DNA from: the human T2T-CHM13v2.0 reference genome, Homo sapiens
Reading direction: 5' to 3' (one strand)
DNA length: 64,000 nt
Assembly (NCBI RefSeq): GCF_009914755.1
Contig: NC_060947.1
Below the pieces are notes generated by a model. The model was not told where the DNA came from. It saw only the letters and a list, made by a program, of their open reading frames with translations, and did not search any database. The position numbers were made by a program, and so were the translations under genes. This document shows, in pieces, positions 54,651-64,000 of the stretch (the stretch's first letter is position 1; each line of letters begins with the position of its first letter).

Positions 54651-55101
54651 TAATTCCATTCATGAAGGCCAGAACCATCTAATCACTTATTCACTTTAGG
54701 GGGAGCAGACTGTCCTTTCATTCCCTATAAAAGGACTCACTGACTGTATCCCCTAGGGACTTCTCTCCTTCCAAAGATTAGCTGTGTCCTTTGGAAAGGC
54801 ATTTTTGTGCTGGATGAAGGAATTTGAAACCCACTGAGAAGAGAGGAGCAGGCTTTTCCCTCTCACAAGAATCGAGGCATTGCAGTGTTTTACTCTTTGT
54901 GTGTTTAGAGAAATTAGGTTACTTCTGATGCATGCAGTTTCTTATGATTTCTCCCCTAAGAAAAGCCCCTTAACTATGCTCCTCAGGCTAGTCCTTGCCT
55001 CTATTTTCCAAGGACCTCTAAATCCAGTTTAGTTTTGCTAATGCCCTCCAGGGCATTCCCAGGGGACTCATCTGTTTGGCTGTCTTCCAGTAAGATCTGG
55101 A

Positions 55102-55292
55102 ACAATGCTTCTCAGTCTTGAGCAGGTATTAGCATCACCAGAGGAGTTGTTAATACACAGCTGGCTGGGTCCCACCCCCAGGGTTTCTGATTCAGTAGGT
55201 CAGGGTGAAACCTGAGAATCTGCATTTCTACCAAGTTCCCAGGTGATGCAGTGCTGCTGCCTCCAGGGCCACACTTTGAGAAGCAATGTTCT
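55102..55292. mobile_element. MER5A-like hAT MITE
   Basis: gtttctgattcagtaggtcagggtgaaacctgagaatctgcatttcta...ggccacactttgagaagc. Confidence 0.8.
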
Positions 55293-55394
55293 GGAGGAAT
55301 ACCCTGAAAGCCAAATGCACAGGGGTTTTGTCAGCAAAGCAACAAATCTACTTTGGTGGAGAAAGGGATTAAGCAAGTACAATTAATATTATAT

Positions 55395-56260
55395 TGATAA
55401 AGTAATACATAAATACAAGTTCTTTATTGTTATATATAAAATAGAACAGAAGTTTGAAAAATAAAAAGTAAAAATGTCTTTCTCCCATCTCTTTAACAGA
55501 GACTATTCCTAGAGGTAGCCTCTGTTTAATAATTTGATGTGTCTCTTTGCAGACCTTTTCTGTGCATTTACATATGTATGCCTCAATACACACATAACTA
55601 TTGATTTTTTTGTAAATGATATTTTAGACATTACTTATTTATTTATTATTATTCTTACTTTTTCCACTTAACAAATCTTAGATTTTCTTGCTCACTCATT
55701 TAGATATTTTTTATTCTTTTTAGTTGCTGCATAGAATTCCAAAGGATAAGTGGAACCATAATTTACTTAAAATGTTTCCTATTGATAAATTAGGCTATTT
55801 CTGAGAATGCCGATTACAAAAATGCTGCAATGAACTTGCTTATCCATATTTCTTTGTGCAAATATTACTGGAGAATAAGATCCTGAGGAGAGGAATTTTG
55901 GGGTGAAGTGGTATAAATTTTTTAAAATATGAGAGTGCTGCTAAATTGCTTACCCAAAGAAGATTAAAAATGTATACTGCTGCAGCTGTATATTATAGTT
56001 ATTTTTCCATATCCTCTCCATGTTTAGCTTTTATTTACATTTTTAATTTTTCTAAATCTGGAGGAAAAATGGCACCTCATCTTTGTTAAAATTTGCAATT
56101 CCTTGATTACTAATGAAGTTAAGCATCTTTTTATGTTTATTGGGCATTGCCCTTTTTTCTATAAATTGCTATTACATTTTTTGCCCATTTTCTATTTTTT
56201 TGCCTTTTCTATTATTGGTTATAGGAGCTCTTTATATATTATGGCTAATCCCTTATCATG
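55395..56260 (-). mobile_element. Old L1 (L1M) antisense fragment
   Basis: atttgcaattccttgattactaatgaagttaagcatctttttatgtttattggg is typical antisense L1 text. Confidence 0.65.
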
Positions 56261-56980
56261 TGGAATATATTTTCATGGAGATATTTTAAATTATATAAAT
56301 TGCTTCATACTTACACTTGCTTGGCCAATCTTATATGTGTTGCTGGTGCTGGAACTGTAGGATTGAAGAACAGTCATTTTGTTGATGTATGGCATTTATA
56401 AATGTTACTTTTTTCCATGTAATTTTGCTGGTATTTTAGAAACTCAAAATGTCCTGAACCTAGAGCTTGGGTGGGAGGTAAAACAAAATTGTAGTACAAA
56501 GGCAGTAATTTTGAGGTAAGAAAGTATGAAGGAATGTAGTTTTGAATCTGTATGTGAACAATAGAAATATATAGGGAAATGTAACTTTCAGCAATTAACT
56601 GTTGGAGAAAATTAAAACTGCTAGTACATTTGCATTAAGAATGAAAAATCTAATGCATAGTGCTTATAATCCTGTTTAATTCACCCCTACCTCATTACCT
56701 TTATCTAAATTGTTTTAACTAGTGATGGAGTATGCTTCAAGTGCTAAAAATAATAATTTGGAGATCAGCTCCAAATATAATATTATCACACCAAAGCAAC
56801 TTTTTAAATATAGTGGACTATAATTGGTGACTTTTGCTATCAGCCACATATTACATTAGTAGAGTTCTTTACTGAAAGGTCTACTGTTCCACTAAATAGA
56901 ATAACAGAAAACTGAGTTACTGGTGTAACTTGAAGTGGTACTCTCTTAAATTTAAAAAGAAAAAAAAAAAAAAAAGACTT

Positions 56981-57275
56981 GCCAGACACGGTGGCTCATG
57001 CCTGTAATCCCAGCACTTTGAGAGGCGAGGCGGGCGGATCATTTGAGGTCAGGAGTTTAAAACCAGCCTGGCCAATATGGTGAAATCCCGTCTCTACTAA
57101 AAATACAAAAATTCACTGGGCATGGTGGCACATGCCTGTAGTCCCAGCTACTCAGGAAGCTGAGGCAGGAGAATTGCTTGAGCTCTGGAGGCGGAGGTTG
57201 CAGTCAGCCGAGATTTTGCCACTGCACTCCAGCCTGGGTGACAGAGCGAGACTCTGTCTCAAAAAAAAAAAAAAA
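56981..57275 (+). mobile_element. Alu (AluS-like), ~180 nt upstream of exon 9
   Basis: Sense Alu with A tail, preceded by an A-rich run. Confidence 0.95.
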
Positions 57276-57456
57276 TTTGAAAGTACCATGTACATTTCTC
57301 CTAGGTGTCTTGAGATAAAACCATCACTCTGCTCCTTTGTCTCTCCCTTTGCATTGATGTCTGACTACTGGCCATGTGTGTTTTTAGATACTGAAGAAAA
57401 CAAATATGACTGCCACATATAATAGTCAAAAAGTGGTCTTATCCCCATCTCTTTAG

Positions 57457-57738
<282 letters not shown>

Positions 57739-59192
57739 TAATACATCATTAGTGCTTATTAGCATTTATAGTGTATTTGCATGGAGTGAGATTAATCTCC
57801 TTTCAAATAAATCCATTTTAACCAAAATTCTTACCACCCTTGATCCGCCTGAGCACCAGCCACCAGTTTGCCAACCATTATAAGTCATATAATTCTTATT
57901 TTAGAATCTCTTTGTTCATGTTTAGAGAAGCCCCTAATTCAGTTCCTGTATAAAATGGGCATTCAAAACATCTTACTTTTTCCCTTCTCTTTTTCCTCAT
58001 TCCATGCCTTACTTTATGACTGGACTAGATACTTGTTTTCGTTCTTTGAGTTTGGCCATAGGGATATATGTGTTTTTAGGTATAGAACATTTCCAAATTT
58101 CATGGCAAAACTTATCTTAAAAATTAATGGTTCCTTTCAGATAAAGCCACTAGTTTCATCTTCATCACTGTCATTCTAGGAAATATTAACCATATGTCTA
58201 CTTTACAATATCCCAAATGTCACCTGCTCTGGAAAATAGTACTGACATGTCTAACTTAGCTCCACCATTTTTTTAGCTTTTAGTGACTTAACTGGTCTCA
58301 ATTACTGTATCAGCCAGGATCTTACTTGCAAACGGGAGTCCACTCTAGGTAGATAAATGGAAAGTAATGTATTAAGAGACATTAAGCGGCTCCCAGAATC
58401 TTTTGGGAAAGGAAGTGCAGTGAATAATTCTTGGACACCATATAGCCAGGGACAACACAGGCAGAAAAATTGCCCAATGACACTGTGGTTCTTTTGTAGC
58501 CAGAACACCACTGACACAGCCTGGTACCTGAGGCTCTTGAAACCAGATGTCAGATACTCCATTATAGCCACCACAGCTGAAATAGATTTCTCTACCTGCA
58601 TATGTAGCAGAAGATCCAATCTCTCCGAAGACGGCTTCCACTGCATGTTGTTTGCTTCTGCACCCAAGTCTGGAGTAGATGCAGCTGAGTGGGATGCCTG
58701 TACCCTAGCTGCAAGGGAGTTTGGGAAAGGCAGTTTTTAGCTTTCAGCCTCTGGAGTAGAGAAAAGCAAGCTGGAAAGGACTAGCTTCTAATTATTTATC
58801 TAATCTATAAATTGGAATAGGTTTATTGTGAACATTAAAGTAATATGTGTAAAGCTTTTAGTATAGTACATAACACATAACACATGGTAAATATTGTTAT
58901 CATAATTATTACCCTCATTATCATCATCTTCACTATTGATCTGATACAGACCCTATAAAATAAGCAGGGGTTCAAGCTCAACTATGGCTGCTTGGCAGCC
59001 AACCGTGACTCCCTTTTCAATAGAAGTTTGTATATTAGGCCTAAATTTGTCATATCTAATAACAGGGATGATTTTTTTTCACTGCATCTTTCCAGCTTGC
59101 CACCTCAGGACACTAACTTTGGCCAAAATGTCAATTGCCTTGTTATCTAGGCCAGTACTTCTGAAGCCTTAATGTGCATTTAAATTACCTAG

Positions 59193-59629
<437 letters not shown>

Positions 59630-60647
59630 TAGCAAAGATCTAGATGACAAAGAAAATGTGAGCTCTCCAACCACATACCTCAGGAAGAGACACAGCAAAA
59701 CATTTTCCTTGAGCTCTGTTTTTCATCAGAAGACAATTGAAGTTACAAAGATATATCAAGTAAATCCATCAAAGTAGATCCTTTGTAGAAATTCAGTAGG
59801 GAAAACTAAAAGGAAACTTTCCAAAACATCAATTATGGAGATGCTCTGAACTTCTTATCTTTTAAAGAGCTTATTAAACAACGTCTTTAAAACCAATTTA
59901 CTTGAAAAATTAAATACGTAATGTATTCACATGGTTGAAATATTTATGGTGAAATCTTACATCCACCCATTTTTCCATCCATCTAGATCTTACCGCCATC
60001 TCCCCATTCCCCATACCCCTGAGTTACCCACTATTATTAGAGGAAAATATTTTAAAGAAACCAAGAGACAGAATCGTGTTAAAATGAAAGTAGAGAGTCT
60101 AAAGTAGAAAGAATGCTCACCTGGGAGTGATGAGACTTGACTTCTGTAACTGGCCTTAATACTAGTCAGCTGTGCCATCTTAGCGTCTAAGTATTAACTC
60201 TCTAGGTCCCAGTGTCCTCTCCCATGAAATAAGCAGATTGAGCCATAGAGATGGCAAATGAGTTTTAATTCTTAGATCCCTAATCTCATCAACAGGCTAC
60301 AGGAATTCTGTTGAGAAGGATTTTGAGCCTGCCTATGGTGTGAGACAGAAAGAGTGGCATAACTGATTAGCGTGCCTTACACGGACGCTAGAAAGGAGGT
60401 GGTGATACATGTGTTGCGCTCTTTATGTCTCTGAGCTAGATGATTTGGAGGTCCCTTTGAGTTCAGTTCATTTCAGCAGCCATATAGTGAGCATCTACTC
60501 TATGCCAGGTCCTCTGCCAGGCATTGGAGATTGAAAAAAAGAGAATAGTATGCAGCCACCACACAGCCTGTACAGTTCATAGAAGCATAACATTTTCAAG
60601 TGGGATGAGACCTTAGAGACTATCCACGCTAAATTCCTATTCTATAG

Positions 60648-61031
<384 letters not shown>

Positions 61032-61149
61032 TGATACATTTTTCTAAGATGTTCTAATACTTGTCTTCCTCCAGACTACCCTATCCAATACAGTAGCCAG
61101 TAGGCACATATGGCTTTTTAAATTTAAATCTAAGCTAATTAAAATTTTA

Positions 61150-61526
<377 letters not shown>

Positions 61527-62200
61527 TCAATAGCCACATGTGGCTGGTGGCTACACTATTGGTATTGGACAGCACAGACATCGAACACTTCCATCACTGC
61601 CGAGAGCTCTATTGGACAGCACTACTCTAGGGAATAATTTCCACGCATGCAACTTGATTTAAAATGAGGATGAAATAAGAAAGGAAAGCCACAATGTCGC
61701 CCTCCAGTTCTGAGATGCCTGTAATGACTGATGTAAGGTATACACTAAAATAGGATGAAGGGCTTTTTCTTTAATGGTGTAGCATTTTTTAAAGCAGAAG
61801 TGTCCTCTTTCAGCACTCAGAGTAGCTTTTTAAGGCCTCCATGCTAAGAGATTTCCAGTAGTGCTGTTCAGAACGCTTCACTAATCGCATCATTCTCTTC
61901 ATAGTGCACAGGTCTTTGGACCCCTTTGTTTAGAAACAAAAATCACACTTTTCCTCCCCATGAAGCTTGCTTTTGTATTTTTCAGTGATTAATAAGGCAG
62001 TAGGACTCACAAAAAGTAGATAGATGTTTTCCCTCTGCCTATAAATTTTACACTGGAGCTAAAATAACCTAAAGGGACCCTGAAAAAAAGAAAAAATGCT
62101 GACACTTCAAAGCACTGTTATCCACATATGACTCTTAAGTCCAAAACACCATTGCAAATGTAATTCACAATATTTTATAGTCATTTACTTCTCCCCAAGT

Positions 62201-62386
62201 TAGAGTTGCCAGATAAAATAGAGGACACCCAGTTAAATTTGAATTTTGGATAAACAATGAATAATTTTTAGTCTAAGTATGTCTCATGTACTATTTAGAA
62301 CATACAGTAAAATATATATTTGTTGTTATCTGAAATTCTTATTTAACTGTTTGTCCGTGTTTATTTAACTGAATCTGACAATCCTA
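62201..62386. mobile_element. MER53-like palindromic hAT MITE
   Basis: tagagttgccagataaaa...cagttaaatttgaatttt...atctgaaattcttatttaactg...atctgacaatccta; ~8-bp TSD (cc/at)ccaagt. Confidence 0.8.
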
Positions 62387-63374
62387 ATCCAAGTTGAATT
62401 TGTAAGTTTTTATTTGGAAATAAGGTTGACACAATCCATAGACAATTAAAAACAAAGCAAAAATGAGAGGGGCTCCCAGGAACCCATTAAGAAGTTTACA
62501 GTGTCTTTTACCTGGTAGACATTCTTATGCCAAAGTTTGCCCTGGCTAAACTAGTTCCTTCTTGTCATTCAGACATCACCTTAAATGTTACTGTTGAGCA
62601 AGATCTTCCCACACCACCCACTCTTAAGTGGTTCCCAAGGCTCCTTTATCTCCTTTTTACATTTTATTTTCTAATGGCACTACTTGATATTTTTATATTT
62701 TTTTGTCTGTTTGTTGCCTGTCCCCCTACTATAATGAAAACTTCTTTATGAAGGCAGTAAACCTGTCTGTAACGTTCTTTATTATACCTAGAAGTTTGCC
62801 TGACACATACTTTAAATATGGACTCAATACATTTTTGCAGCCTAAAGGCAATATAGGGAATTGGTTTTAGAACATAAGTTTTGGAAATCAGGTTAAAATT
62901 CTGGCTCTCTCTGTGATCTTGGGCTCCTAATCAACTTAGGCAAGTACCTTAACTTCACTAAGACCAGTTTATTCATATGAAAAATGAGGATAAAAAATAG
63001 AACCAACCTCTTAAGGTTATGAGGATTCAATGAGATCAGAGTCATGTGAGCATTGTAGTCAGGACCCAGGGACAGGTAGGTGCAGATCCACCTCTCACCA
63101 TCACCACTCAGGAAACTTCCTACATCTCAGTTTCTCGATCTGTATTTTACATCTCTTACCATCTCATACAGTAGGAAAGGATATTAAATGGTATGATGTA
63201 CATACAGCACTCAGCACCGGGCCTGGCATGTGATAACTTTGATAAGTATATTCAGTTAACACTTTTGAAATATAAGACCTGCACTTTTGATATAGGCTAG
63301 GAACACATGTACAGTGTGGTTGAAGTGTAAGAACAAGGACCTGAGAGACCACAAAACTACCTTTTAAGAGTAGA

Positions 63375-64000
63375 GTCATCCAGATTCACCCATGTTGTCA
63401 CAAATGACAGGATTTCCTTTTTTAAGGCTGAATACTATTCCATTGGATATATACACCACATTTTCTCTATCCATTCATCCATTGATGGACACTTAGGTTG
63501 ATTCCATATCTTAGCTATTGTAAATAATGCTGCAGTGAACATGGAAGTGCAGATATCCCTGCACCAGATTGGTTTCAGTTCCTTTGGATACATACTAGGA
63601 AATGGGACTGCTGGATCATATGGGAGTTCTAGTTTTAGTTTTTTGAGGAATCTCTATATCATTTTTTATAAAGGCTGTACTAATTTAGATTCCCACCAAC
63701 AATGCACAGGAGATCCCCCCCTCTCTGCATTCCTGTCAACACTTATCTTTCATTTTTTTAAAAATAAAAGCCACTCTAATAGGTGTGTGGTGATATCTCA
63801 TTGTGGTTTAATTTGCATTGCCCTAATGATTAATGATACTCAGCATTTTTTCATGAACTTGATGATTTGTATGTCTTCTTTGGAAAAATGCCTGTTCAGG
63901 TCCTTTGCCCATTTTTTAATCAGGTTGTTTTCTTTCTCTTTAGTTGTTTGAGTTCCTTATATATTTTGGATATTAATCCCTTAACAGATGTATGGTTTAC
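63375..64000 (-). mobile_element. L1MA-like antisense fragment (runs off the window)
   Basis: ttcacccatgttgtcacaaatgacaggatttcc...ggacacttaggttgattccatatcttagctattg. Confidence 0.9.

Overview
This is primate (almost certainly human) genomic DNA lying entirely inside the OTC gene (mitochondrial ornithine transcarbamylase, urea cycle, X-linked) on the + strand. The window starts in intron 1 and ends in intron 9. Coding exons 2-9 are all recoverable with GT-AG boundaries and an uninterrupted frame (about aa 26-335, motifs STRT, HPIQ, GDGNN, SMG, FLHCLP). Exons 1 and 10 lie outside the window. Intron 4 carries an antisense processed pseudogene of TDGF1/CRIPTO with its 3'UTR. The rest is Alu, L1, L2, LTR and DNA-transposon relics, and nearly all ORF-track entries are Alu or chance ORFs. 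I see no evidence for a new multi-gene system. The most unusual signals are: (i) two local templated-insertion scars, one an inverted Alu-to-Alu template switch that captured unique flank; (ii) a CRIPTO retrocopy whose compensating frameshifts leave a 159-codon EGF-CFC ORF without its GPI tail, and which appears to preserve a pre-Alu 3'UTR; (iii) latent pseudo-exon splice sites one base from activation in introns 5, 8 and 9. Repeat family names and boundaries are by eye and approximate.
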